Below are positions 51,700-64,000 of a stretch of 64,000 nt of DNA, piece by piece. Both the position numbers and the translations under genes were made by a program. The stretch lies in NCBI RefSeq assembly GCF_036321535.1, contig NC_087436.1:34474001-34538000 (forward strand), in the 5' to 3' direction. The DNA is from Camelus dromedarius (Eukaryota). A model generated the notes under the pieces. That model was given only the letters and a program-made list of their open reading frames with translations, had not been told where the DNA came from and ran no database searches. Each line of letters starts with the position of its first letter. Within the stretch, counting starts at the first letter, position 1.

Positions 51700-52570
51700 A
51701 AATATATTTTTTAAAGATAGTCATTAAAATTAAAAATAATCCATAAAGGGAATTAACCCTGTAATGAAGTGGAGTTTCTGCAGAGTAAAAAAATAGTAGT
51801 TAATTGAAAGATAGAACAGAAGAATGATCCTAGGAAGGATCACTCAGAGCAAGGAGGTAAACATGGGGGAGTTTGTAGAGATATAAACAGCAGTTTAAAG
51901 TACTTCAAAAATACAATGGAGAGATGGCAGAAAAGTAAAACTCAAGATGATAGCTAAAAAATGTCCAGAACTGTACTTCATACTGAAAATACATCATGAC
52001 TTTTGAGCAGGCTTTTAAAAAAATGTGTTACCTACCTTCATCCTAGTGAAACTGTAGAAAATTAAGAATAAGGGAAAACTGATTAAATCTACCTGATGGT
52101 AAAGATTACTAGATGGACTGTTACACTGACAACAGATTTCTCCATAGTAACAATAATGCCAATATATTTTCAAAGTGCAAAGGAAATATTTCAAACTCTA
52201 TTTCTATACTCAGTTAAGCCATCAGTTAAAAGAAGATCAAGACATTTTAAGACAATCAAGTAAAAAGAGTTTACTGTCCAATTTGGATGCCATTTGTTTC
52301 TCTTCTGTGCTCGCTTTGCTTGGAGCGTCCAGTACAATGTTGAACAGAAGTGGTGAAGGTGGGCATTATTTTTGTTTGTTTGTTTTAAATGTGTTTTTAA
52401 TAAGTATTGAAAGTCAATATGTTAATCATTAGAAAGTTAGAAAATAGAACAACAAATACAAATAAAACTAATAGAATAAAATTGAAAAAAACTAAAATAA
52501 AATAATAAAGATGAGAACAGAATTTATTAAAATAGAAAATGAATAGGAGAAATGTACAAAGTAGCTATAT
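51700..52570 (+). mobile_element. Old L1 ORF1/ORF2 fragments with a short inverted piece
   Basis: ACTGACAACAGATTTCTC..ATATTTTCAAAGTGC..TCTATACTCAGTTAAG (ORF1 C-terminus-like); antisense ORF2-like CCAGTACAATGTTGAACAGAAGTGGTGA within ~52280-52368. Confidence 0.65.
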
Positions 52571-55500
52571 CTTTAAAAGTACTCTCAAGCAGAATACAAA
52601 CCATTAGGTTCTTGATTATCTCTGTAGTTATATAGGCGAATAGTATCAGAACATGATATTAAGTAGACTTTAATTACATCTGTAATTTTTTGAACGACTA
52701 AAAGAAATATGGTGTGTTCATGAATATTTATTGCAGCATTCCCTGTACTTTTTTATATGGCTTAAATGTGTATAACAAAAATTTATGTACATATATTTTA
52801 AAAGAAGATACAATAGAACGTGACAATGTTATTATGTATTTGTAAAATGCACTTGTCCTCTTGTTCTGTCTCTTAAAAAAAGATTCTAAGTTAGAAAATA
52901 AAAATGAAAGCCTAAATTATATTCTTTCAAAGTAGTTATGTAAAATGACAGCGATGAGGGTGTTCTAACATTATAAGAGGCTTCAATGATTTTTTTTTAA
53001 GTTTGGGATATTTATAAAAAAATTTTTAATTGATTTCTGATCTGTGCTTTTTTAATTTTAGCAATAATTATTTTTATTGGTGAACTGTGAGGTTGAGCTG
53101 TAGAAAATAAGAACTTGAAGATGCTAGAAATTATCAAAGGAATGACTGTAGCATGTACCTCAAGACATCAAAGCAGTGCAACTTTTTAAAAAATTAGTAT
53201 TTCTATCTTAAACAGCTTTAAAACTCCATTGAACTTAACTCCCTTCAGATTTAGAACAAACTTCTTATTTGTTTCTCTTAGGATAACTCACTAATTAACA
53301 TTGTATCCATGAAAACCTCATTTCATACTTCTTTTTCAGAAACATACATTTTTATTATGACAATGCTATCAAAAGGCAAAATGCTAAGTCTTCTAGGGAG
53401 TGACCCTGTACTTTTTGTTCCTCCTTGAAATTTTAATAATTTTCCTATTTTCAGTCAAATATATACACCCGTTTTTGGCTGACTCCCTCATAGCAGAGTT
53501 AGACAGCAGTGCTGTGCAACAGAGCCATCCACACTTGTAATGATGACATTTTATTTTATGGGGACATGACCACATTTCAATGAATAAATTCATGAAGTCT
53601 CACCGCTCTGTGACCCCATATCTACAGTCTTTTTTATCTAGTCCTATTCTAGCTCATTACTGTCATAACAAAGCAGCCGTTCTATTTCACTTCTGATCTT
53701 ATCTGCCCTTTAAAGGTGAAGAAACACAAAAGCACCCAAGATGATAGGAAACTCCCCCTTTTTAAAAAATTAAATTTCTAGTAAACTTGCTTTTTTTTGT
53801 CAAATAAATTTACTCAAAATAATTATACTAGGTTTTTCAATGGGAGTTTCTAGGATTGTAAGACTAAACTGAAAATATAGTAACTTCTATCTTCAGCTAA
53901 TTTTTTAAAGGATACCTTTCTAGTAGATGGAGTCTCATTAGCATGCAGAAATTACCCCAATGGTACCCTACAGGTAGGAGGTAAATAGATGAGTGTGTGA
54001 GCTGAGTGCCTGTAAGGCATTCACAAGGTCAGAGACTGATCATTAAAATGTTGTTGAATGATCTCTTAATGACAAGGAGCACAGTGTATCATTCGTTTCT
54101 CTCTTCCAAGTCCTGGCCCTTAGAATCTTGCTAATGCACATTTATATACAGGTTCAAAGATATTATTAAATATTAAGGATCCGAGAAGCATGAGGTGATT
54201 TGCAGTGAAATTAGTTACCCCCAAATTCTAACAGAAATCAGACCAAATGTGGCAGATTTACTGCAGAGAATTATCACGGCTGCTTCTCAAAAGCTCATAA
54301 AAGGAGAGAGATGAAATAAAAAGGTGTAAACCCACAAGGACAAAGAGAAGATGAGATGACAAAGAGATTTTAATAAATCTTTGGAAGGCAAGTAGGTGTG
54401 GGAGAATTGGTAAATTACTTAGCAAAATGGAAATGGCTGTTACCTAAGAGCTTCAGAGTGGAAGAAGAGTAACAAGGAAGGTTACTGCTGAACCACAAGG
54501 ATGCCCAGGATTCGGAAGCGTAAGGCAATAGAGAAAGGTAAAGGGAGGGTCAAGACTGCAAGTAGAAGGGTTTAACACACAGATTCCTTTTCCCTCCTAA
54601 GGCAGCCTGGTGTATCTCTCTCCCCTTGCCTTACACTTCCTGCAGCTGTTTATTTTTAGTTTTCCCTACAGTCACTCTGGATTTAGAGATGCAAAGTATA
54701 GAAGATGGCAATGAAAGGTGAGGCTAGAAACATGGAGATTAAATTAGGCTCCTCAGGCCCTTACATCTATCTTGCTATTAAAATACCTGTAGCAGGCATA
54801 CGTGTCCCAAGGAAGAACAGAGGGAAAGCAACAAGCAGACGAAGAACACATAAACTGGGGGGAAAAAAACGATCGAGTGGGATAATCTTAATGTGATAAA
54901 GACAGAGGTTCTCAAAACAACCATTACCATCATGTTTATTTACTTTTAATATTGCAGTAGATAAAAGTAAGCACTTCACAAACAAGAAGGCAAATCTGTG
55001 CTATATACGTAAACTGTATAGAGTTCTAATATGAATATGACATATGATGGCTATAATGACATAAGGTACAATGCCTCTTAGTAGCAATTTCATATGGTAA
55101 CTAAAATGACCTGAGAGTCTATTTAGAATGCATGTTATTGTATTGTCCATCTCATGATGGTTATGATTGACTTTCAGAAAACCTTAAACTTTATTAAAGT
55201 GAAAAATAAGTTTTTCATTTTTCATGTTTAGTTCATAACACATGAGAAATATTAGAAAAATATGTACACATTTATTATATTGTTACATCCTATTTTGTCT
55301 CTGAAATGCCCTTTGTTTGAAAGGATCCAATAATAAAAAATAAGTCTCTATTAATCATCTTCCTTGAAATGAGGCCACAACAATTTAAAAAATATAATAG
55401 CTCTGCCATTAAATAGCTCTGTTTTTCTTCCTTTCCATTTTTATTTTTTTTTTTTTGGTTGCCATTTGTCACAAATGACTGCTCAATGATTAGATGGAGG

Positions 55501-56929
55501 AAAGGAAACCTGGAGCAAAGGGTCATAAAGTATTATTATTAAAAGCATATGTTTTGATATTTTATTTAAATTTACACTTTGATCTATACTATGGGTTACA
55601 TAATTGCTATTTTTGAAAATCACTTTTTCAACCTTATATCCTATGCATCCTTTTTGTTTGTCATACAATCACAGTTCCTTGAACTACTGTTATAATAAAA
55701 TCAGTGGAATAGAAATGCTTTGACCTCTATTATAGACTAGGTGAAGAAATTTGTTTAATCTATGGTAACAAAGTCACATGTTTAGACTATGCCCAAAGAG
55801 AAGGGTTAGGCAGAAAATAACTTGTAAATCCTGCCTCCATGGGTCAAGTCTTCAGGGCAGAGCATCATCTAATCTCTTTTTCAACAAGCCTGAGGAAAAG
55901 AGTGCATTTACTTAGCTGCTGAATCAATAGCAAATAAAGGTTTGGCAGATTCAGGGATGGAGGCCGAGGAGAGGGTGGAGGTAGTGAAAACTATGAAAGC
56001 TATCAGTCTGAGATTTCATAATTTTTTATAATGATTAATTCATTTCTACCAGTATACTACACACTCTAAAATAATTTATAAGGTTTAGTCTCTGTTCTTT
56101 GCAATTTATATGGCTTCTAATAAGTCAAGGATGGTATAATTAGTACCACTATGTGCAGAATGCCACAAAATGCTAAGAATTGCTTTTCCCTCATTTTTTA
56201 TTTCCCCGGGGACTCAAGGGAGCAGTAGATAGTACCGTCCACAAGAGTGAGAATTGATCTGCCAGGGTTGCTTTGTATAGATTATGGTAACTGCATATCT
56301 AACACTAACCCTTAGGCAAGTGGGTACCTAACTCTGGCTGAGGCATTTTGATGAATATGTTGTGTTTGGACTACTCTATAAAAATCTAATGTAAATTGTG
56401 TCACTGTATGAAGTTTTACAGATAAATATTTCTCATAATACTATATTTTCCTTTGATAGACAGAATGCTATCATAAGAACATAAATTTAGAAATTTTTCT
56501 TCAGGGTTGACTTTTAGATATAATTCTGGTTGTATTTTAGCTGTATAAATGAGTAACAGTTAATGACTTTCTCAAAGACAGATTTTTATTTTCTAGTTTC
56601 TGAAGTTATTATGGGGTTGGTAAAATTCCTACTAATGCAGAACAAAATGTTATATATTTAAATTTTACCCACATTTTAGAAGTACTTAATATTTCACCAT
56701 CATGGAAATACTAAGGATATACCTTTTCACTTTGGTGACAATGAATAACTTAAAATAAAAACTATCAAGTTCAAACATCTTTTCTAACTCAGAAGGGAAA
56801 AAAATTGCTTCAGATTAGCAAATGAGACCATTTCAAATAATCATCTTTCTATTATATCCAATGTTTTGACATGCACTGACAAACTGCCAAAAGGATACTC
56901 TTTCCTTCACTTTCAAGAATAATGAAGCC

Positions 56930-57140
56930 AGCTTCCAGGTGCTTGCTATGAGCCAGAAAATGACCTGCACAATTCACGTATTTTTACTGTATAATTTACA
57001 ACAAATGCAAAAAGGTAGATGTCAGCACCCTCATTTTTCAGGTGAGGAAACTGAGATTTGGAAAGGTCCAGTAACGTGTCCGATTCAGTTAGGAGAAAGC
57101 CAGGATTCAATTCTACATCAAATTCATGCCCCCAACACTA
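56930..57140 (-). mobile_element. MIR SINE
   Basis: CCTCATTTTTCAGGTGAGGAAACTGAG..GCCAGGATTCAA. Confidence 0.8.
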
Positions 57141-58034
57141 CCTATTGACTGCTCTATACCACTCAGAGTTCCACTTGTAAGACTTGTAATCCTGCTAAAA
57201 ACTGTCACAACACTGAAAAATCATCAAACTATTTTCAAGTGTTTACCAAGCATATTAATGCAAAAATACAATGTTTGCTTAAGGAAGGACACACCTAGTA
57301 CTACAGACAAAATATTTTCATTTTTACTCATTTTAACTTCTTCATAGCCTTCCCTTTTTAAGAAAAGTTTACTCAATTCAGACTGTACTAGTTGAATAGT
57401 TGACTTTTTTCATAAATAGTCTGCATAAAAATATAGTGTTAAAAATTAGAATTGTGTAAAGTTATTAAGGAATAATTATTTTGATTTCCGTATTACAGAA
57501 GAAGAAATAAAACCTGAGGTCAGAAGTTACAAAGTGCTTGTTCTAAATTTTTTAAGTCATCACTTAACTAAAGAGAAGTTGATTCTTTGGGAAAGATTTT
57601 GAAAAATTAAAAATCATACAGTCCTTGGCATTTTCTTTGTTTTATGACAATTTAATCATACAATGGCTCACTCTTTTCCCACATTTTCCATCTGTTAATA
57701 CGTTGAAGCAGTCTTTAGTTTTTATCTTTTTTACAAAGTCCAAATCTATTAAATATATCCACATAACTGTAAGTACATAAAAACATAAACATACACATAT
57801 AACAGCACAATAACTTCATGTATCAGGCATATTGTCACTATCCACGTAACAGTATTTTATTAGCAAACAAGTCATGTTTATTTGTAACTGAATATTGGAA
57901 TTAGAGGCATAAATCAAAAGACCTGCCTGCATTCCTTAACAAATGATCAAATGGCAACCATAACAAAAATTCTTTCCAAAACATGATATTAATGATTAAG
58001 TGTCCATTAATAACAAGAACTCTTTCATGAAAAC

Positions 58035-58210
58035 CTTTAAACGTGTCCTCACATTATTTCATTTGATTTTACAAAAGTCCTGAGAAGTAGAAAGAGCTTG
58101 TATTTTCCCCTTCGGTTTATGGGTGAGGAAACAAGGACTCAAGCAAACTGACTTAGCTTGCACTGTGAATCCAGTTCTTTGGCTTCTTGGCCCTGAGTGC
58201 TTTCCACACA
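58035..58210 (-). mobile_element. MIR SINE fragment
   Basis: CATTATTTCATTTGATTTTACAAAAGTCCTGAGAAGTAG..TTTATGGGTGAGGAAACAAGGACTCA. Confidence 0.75.
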
Positions 58211-58384
58211 CATGTGAAGAGTCTTTTAGTTGCAATTGTTTTTGTGCTATTGCTCAGGATACTTAATGGTACCTTTTTCATTCTTAATAACATCCCAATT
58301 TAGATGATAAAATATATGGTCATCTTACATATAATTCACATGTAGATGGATTTTTTTTTGTATGTTGTGAAGTAGGGGTCTATA

Positions 58385-58720
58385 GTAATAAGATTTTTCT
58401 GGGTAACACACAACATTAAAATTCCAGTGACTTACAACAGTCACCTTTATTTTTCATTCACAGGTCTGTGGCTTCATTCTTGCTGTATGTGGTTTAGCAA
58501 TGGCTTAACTAGGCTTTCCAGACTGAAGATTTGGTTCCAGTCTGTTTCATATGAACCTCATCCCCTACTCAGGCTGGGAGAGCCCGCATTCTATTGATTA
58601 AAGCAAACTACATGGCCAAGATGAAAATTATTCAGACAAGAATATACATTCTGTCCACATGGAAGTTGTGGCCAGATTAGAGTGGGAAAGAATTGTGAGA
58701 AGGGATTAAATATAATTGTC
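58385..58720 (-). mobile_element. Old MLT1-type LTR fragment
   Basis: GTAACACACAAC..CCAGTGACTTACAACA..TTTATTTTTCATTCAC; CATTCTATTGATTAAAGCAAACTACATGGCCAAG. Confidence 0.7.
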
Positions 58721-59323
58721 TTCAACAAGGCCTTTTTTTTTCCTTATGGATATCTAATATGCTCAGCAACATTTACTTAAAACATCACCCTTTCCTCCAC
58801 CATTCTACTGTGACACCTCAGTCATATATAAAGTATCCATTCATATATGGGTTTGTTTTGGGAAAATCTACTATATTTCCTTGGTGTTTTTGTCTATTCC
58901 TGAGCTGAAACACCCAGCTGTATTGAAACACAATATACATACAATAAAATTTATCAACTAATAGTGTGTTTGATGAGATAGCACAAATGCATTAACCATG
59001 TTATTATGACTAAAATCAAGACATAGAAGATTTATATCACCACAAAAAATTTCCTCATGCCTCTTTGAAGTCATTCCGATTTCCTGAATCTCAGCCCCCA
59101 GATATCCACTCATTTGCTTCAAGTTACTAGCATTAACTTTTTAGAGTTTCACATGAATGGAACTATACAGAATATTGTATTTTGTTATACTTCTTTCACA
59201 CAGCTTAATGTTGTTCAGATTCATCTCTGTAGTTGTGGATATTACTACTTCATTCCATACATCACTTATAAAGATGAAGCATGATATGTTTAGTTATTTA
59301 TCAGCTGACTGACACTTGGGTTG

Positions 59324-59738
59324 TGTATTAGTCACAAACTGGGTGGCTTAAACAGAAATTGATTGTCTTACTGTTCTGGAGGTTGGAAGTCCAAAATCAA
59401 GGTGTTGGCTAGGGTGGTTCCTTTTGAAGCTATGGAGAATCTGTCCCATGCCTGGTTTGCTGTTAATCTTTTGTCATTACGTGGCTTGTAAACACATCAC
59501 CCCAGTCTCTCTTCACATTTGCACGGCATTCTCCATGTAGGTGTATTTTGTCCAAAATTCTCTTTTTCATCAGGACACCAGTCATATTGATTAGGGGACC
59601 CACCCTACCTCAACATGACTTCACCTTAACTAATTACACCTGCAATAATCCTATTTCCAAGTAAAGTCATATTCTTAGGTACTAGGGGTTAAGAGTACAA
59701 TATATGAATTTTGAGGGAGCACGATTCAACCCTCAACA
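59324..59738 (-). mobile_element. MLT1 (A-C-like) solo LTR nested in L1
   Basis: TGTATTAGTC..AAACTGGGTGGCTTAAAC..GTTCTGGAGGTTGGAAGTCCAAAATCAAGGTGTTGG..ATTCAACCCTCAACA; L1 sequence resumes on both sides. Confidence 0.92.
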
Positions 59739-61169
59739 TGTCGATTTCAAATTTTAGCTATTATAAATATTGTTTTTATGAAAATAAAAGCCTTTATGTG
59801 GTTCTCTGTTTTCATTTCTCTAGGGTATACACCAAGGCGTGATTACCAAAGCTTTTTAATAAGTCTTACTATCTGGAAGAACAAGTATTTCAACTTTTCC
59901 TTGTTTTCTTCAAGAATACTCTATTATATTTTTAGCATTCACATTTGCAAAATAATTTTAGAATCAGCCTTTCAACTTCTAAATAATAAAGAAAGGGAAA
60001 AAGAAAAAAATGGATTGAATTATGTAAGCACTATATATCAACTTGTGAAAAACTTCTATTTTTACAATATTGAGTGTTTGAATCCATGAACTTTGTATAT
60101 TTTTCCATTTATTTAAGTCATATTTAATTTCCTCTATTAAATAATTATATTTATTCATAAAGAAATTGCACATAGTATTTGATATTTCTTATGAAATATT
60201 TTTGATGATTTAAAATAAAATTTTATAAAATTTGATTTTTAGTTGTGAATTTCTAGCATGTAAATACAAAATATTTTTCAGAGAAGTAGTGATTTTTCTG
60301 TTCAGAATCTTCCTAAGTTCTCATATTACACAAAAATGTATTCATAAATATTTTCAAATTCCAACTACATGGACATAAGTGGTAAATAAAGGGTGCTTTC
60401 TTTATAATCTTTAGACGTATCATTTTTTTTTTTTACTTCTGTTAACACACTGGTTTAGACCTCTAATAAGAACTTAATTGAACTGAAGTGGCAATGATGA
60501 ACATATTTGTTTTATTCCCTCTCTGAAAGATAAGATTTTCAGTGTATCATTATTAAGTACGATTTTTTAAATGTAGGTTCTTTTATAAAAATTAAAGAGC
60601 TGTCCTTATAAATATTTCCTAATTTGATATTTTTAGCTATCACTTTTTATGCTTTTAAAATAATCATACATTTTTTTCTGCTTAGATCTGTTACTGTCAT
60701 GATTCACACTGACTAATTTTTGAGGATTAAATCAATTACGTGTACCTAGTGTAAATCCCACTTGATCATCATATGTTTGATTTATTAGTATTTGTTTAGA
60801 TTGTTTAATGTTAATAAGAAGACTGGTTGGTAATTTGGTTTTGTCATATTATTCTATCATGGTTTTTGTCGCAAAGCTGAACTAGTCTCAAAAAATGAAT
60901 TTGGTGAATGTACTCTCTTTTTCTTTTTCATGAATACGCTATTTAACATGAGGAATTATATACTATTCTTTGCATCAATGGCAATGATTGCACTAACTAA
61001 AGCACTGAACTTGAATCTTAAAAGCTCCTACCCTGGTCACAGCAGCAGCCTCACATTCCACATATTTCTTTGGGCCCCAAGTGCCATGACTTCTCCATTC
61101 CTCAAGGTTACTGGCCACACAACCAATACATTGGAGAGTTATGGGGACGATACATAGCACTCCTCTTTT

Positions 61170-61584
61170 AATAACCGTCTGCTGTGCTGTAACAAAGTAC
61201 CACCAGTTTAGTATCTTACAGTTCTAGAGAACAGAAGTCTGAAATCAGTTTCATTGGATTAAATTTTAGTGTCAGCAAGTTCTAGAGATCTGCTTCTTGC
61301 TTCTTCCAGCTTCTAGTAGTTACCTGCATTCCCTGGCTTGTGGCCATATTGCTTCCATCTTTGCTTCTATCATCACATTTTCTTTTCTTTTCTCACCCTG
61401 ACCCTCCTCTTACCAGGACCCTTGTGACAACATGAGGTCCACCTGCATAATCTAGGCTAATTGTCCCACGGCAACACCCTTAACTTAATCGTACCTGTAA
61501 AGTCCCTTTTGCTATTCAGGCAACACATTAATAGATTCTGGAGGAGAATGAATTCTTCAGGCAGCCACGATTTACCCTACCACA
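61170..61584 (-). mobile_element. MLT1 LTR
   Basis: GCTGTAACAAAGTACCAC..CTTACAGTTCTAGAG..CAGAAGTCTGAAATCAGTTTCA..CCTTAACTTAATC..CCCTACCACA. Confidence 0.88.
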
Positions 61585-62930
61585 ATCTGCCCCCTGGCAC
61601 CCAAGGATTCACACTTGTCCCACATGCAAAATGCATTCACTCCCTCTTGAACTCCACCAAAACCTTAACTCAAGTTCATTAACTTAGTATCATTAACTCA
61701 AGTTCAAATCTCACCTAAGTCTTATCAGCCTAAATATCCCAAATGTATCATCTAAATCATCTACATTAGCTACAGTGAGGCCCTTAGTATAATGTATCTT
61801 GAGGCAAAATTCCTTTCCATATGCAGACCTAGGAATCTAGAATACAAGGTATCTACTTTCCAAATGCAACGATGGGGCAGGCATAAGATACCAGTTACAG
61901 ACATTACTATGCTAAGTGGAAGAAATACAAGGAAAAGAGGAGTCATTGGTCTCAGGAGATCTCAGAATGCAGCCTAACAAACTCCCGTAGGTTTCAAGGC
62001 CTGCGTGTAATCGTTTGCATCTTAGGTCTCCTCTATCTGAGCCCCGGTCTCTGACCTTGGATTGACTTTACCTTTTTCTTGAAGGATAGCACATTTCTGT
62101 AGCTCAGTAGTGTTATTTGCTTATTTCCTTTGAGTAGAATTGGGCGAATCTCATAGTCTTGTTTTATTATGTCCTTAGTCTGTCCCTTTCAGTCCAAGCT
62201 GGCAGTGTTTCTGCTGAGACAGCATTCTCAGGAGCCTTGTACATCTCCAGTGTATGTGCCCTGGAGTCACTCAGTCAGACAAGAGGTTCCTCCACCGACC
62301 TTTCCTGTATAATCTCATCTCTATTTTTGAATTCTGCTAAAATGACTAAGGGCAATCCCTGAGTCATGGACCTAATCTTTCAAAAAGCCCTGTCTGTGAA
62401 GGAATACTCTGACCTCTTAGTCCTTCCCAGATACTCGCGAAAGGTTGTCCAGTCATGCTCTGGGCTTACTCTCTGGAGCCTGCTTTCCTAGCAATGAGTC
62501 TCCTAATTTTAGCAGTCTGGATAGACTGAGAATTTCCCAGATCATCAAGTTCTAGGTGATCTTTGCCTAACAGATTTTTACTCAATCTACCTCTGTCCTC
62601 TCATATTTTACTCTAGGCAGTGAGAAGGAGCCAGTCGTAATTTCAATCCTATTTTCGGAAATCTCTGCTAAGTGTCTGAGTTTATCACGTCCATGTTTTG
62701 CTCGCCACACAACCGCAGAACACAAGTCAGTTACTTTTCTGCCACTTTACAACACTAGATACTGTTGTCTCCAGTTTCCAATAATGTATTTCTTATTTCC
62801 ATTTTAGCTCTCCCAGCATTACCTTCATGGTCCATATTTCTTCCATCAGTGTGCTTATGATAATTTAGGTGTTTTCTAATATGATATATATCATCTCTAC
62901 CTTGCTTCTCATTTTCTTCTGAATATTTAT
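61585..62930 (-). mobile_element. MLT1 internal sequence attached to the LTR
   Basis: Directly follows the LTR: CTTGTCCCACATGCAAAATGCATTCAC..GGCATAAGATA..GACATT..CCAGTTTCCAATAA typical of MaLR internal regions. Confidence 0.75.
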
Positions 62931-63627
62931 TAGCAGAGTCTTTAGAGCAAATTCCTGGATAGAATAAACAAAATGGAGGTGAAAATTAGTAGAACAATAA
63001 TGCAAGACATAAGCATAAAATGGGAATATCACACTAAATACCCATTCAGTAGCTGAAAAAGCCACCTCCAGACAAATCACAGAATCGTTAAGATTAGCAG
63101 AGAACTAAGAAAACAACAAAAAAGATCACACAGAGGTAAAGAATAAGAATGACTTCAGAATTTTAACTTGTAACAATGCCAAAAAAAAAAAAAAAAAGAA
63201 TGCCAATTACCATCAAAATTATTGGACAAGTGTAAGGACAAATTAAAGATATTTTTATACTTGTAATTAATGGGTAAGTTTACTTTCCTTGACCTCTTTT
63301 TAAAAAGTTACTGGAGGATAAGTTTCAATAGAACACAGTAAGAATTAAATGGTTACAACTGAGTAGACATCACAAATTTCAAGAAACAGTGAAAGTTTCT
63401 TCACCTGTTAAGTGTAATAAAAAGACATCCCAGGATTGCCATTTGATAATCCAAGAAATAAACTGATCAAAATTAGAACAATAATTGAACAAGCTCCAAG
63501 AATTATACCTCAAGAAGGACCTGGATTTAACTGAACAGAAGAATAATCTTAGTTCTAAGGTAAGCACATAAGGCACATAGATATATACTTGTCAACAAAA
63601 CTGAACACGATTTGAAATTCCAAGGTA

Positions 63628-63765
63628 GCAGGGAGGGCACAGCTTAGTGGTAGAGTACATGCTTAGCATGCACAAGGTCCTGGGTTCAATCCTCAGCACC
63701 TCCATTAAAAAAATAATAACAAAATAAAATAAAATTTGAAGAATAAAATTAAAAATCAAAAAAAA
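63628..63765 (+). mobile_element. Vic-1-like tRNA-Ala-derived SINE with perfect 14-bp TSD
   Basis: GGGAGGGCACAGCTTAGTGGTAGAGTACATGCTTAGCATGCACAAGGTCCTGGGTTCAATCCTCAGCACCTCCA plus A-rich tail; GAAATTCCAAGGTA at 63614-63627 and 63766-63779. Confidence 0.93.
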
Positions 63766-64000
63766 GAAATTCCAAGGTAAACAAATGGTGGAGAAATCAT
63801 GAACAAAATGTTGAAGCTAACAAAAATTTGGAGTTATTTTCTTAATTGGTGGAATTCGGGGAAAGTATTCATTTTTCACCTCACTATTGTTACATTATTT
63901 GTTGTTTTCCTCACTGATGGTTTCTCAGGATATTTATCACATGATTTATCTCTGTAAAGATTAATCTTCCAACAACCTTAATATTTTAAGTGCAGTTTCA

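Larger units (their letters stand above)
58325..60960 (-). mobile_element. Cluster of old antisense L1 fragments carrying nested LTRs
   Basis: TTGTATGTTGTGAAGTAGGGGTC, TTTTAGAGTTTCACATGAATGGAA, TTTACAATATTGAGT..ATCCATGAAC, AAATCCCACTTGATCATC. Confidence 0.75.

Noticed and set aside
3890..62370. Scattered AP-1 (TGACTCA), octamer (ATGCAAAT) and isolated GTAAGT matches
   Set aside because: Short motifs are expected repeatedly by chance in 64 kb of AT-rich DNA, and no supporting clustering was seen
752..63576. All ORFs in the supplied six-frame track as protein-coding genes
   Set aside because: 60-175 aa, many with TTG/GTG starts that are not meaningful in a mammal, no recognisable domains, and many inside LTR, L1, MIR, SINE or simple repeats
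63631..63704. tRNA-Ala(AGC) gene (likewise 23869-23944 and 31495-31566)
   Set aside because: tRNA-like head is followed by an A-rich tail, with TSDs in two copies and substitutions in the stems: SINE copies, not tRNA genes

Overview
AT-rich, CpG-depleted placental-mammal genomic DNA, intronic or intergenic in character. It is most likely from a camelid, because it carries three tRNA-Ala(AGC)-derived SINEs that match the camelid Vic-1 family as I recall it. I cannot support any protein-coding gene: the supplied ORFs are short, resemble no family I recognise, and many lie in repeats. I see no CpG island, rRNA, true tRNA or CRISPR array. Much of the window is transposon debris: MIR, L2, old and young L1, MLT1/MER21-type LTRs, an ERV1-like solo LTR with an intact TSD, and two decayed ERVL/MaLR-class proviruses (~13.6-16.8 kb and ~31.1-36.3 kb). 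The second provirus still has readable gag, protease, RT and RNase H motifs and an internal ~215-bp duplication. Other points of note are a 66-bp direct duplication bracketing a 1.9-kb L1-containing block, a palindromic RFX X-box, and several isolated splice-signal candidates (AG|GT recursive-type site, 9-nt microexon, terminal exon). I found no convincing new biological system. Repeat subfamily names come from memory of consensus sequences, and boundaries without TSDs are approximate.
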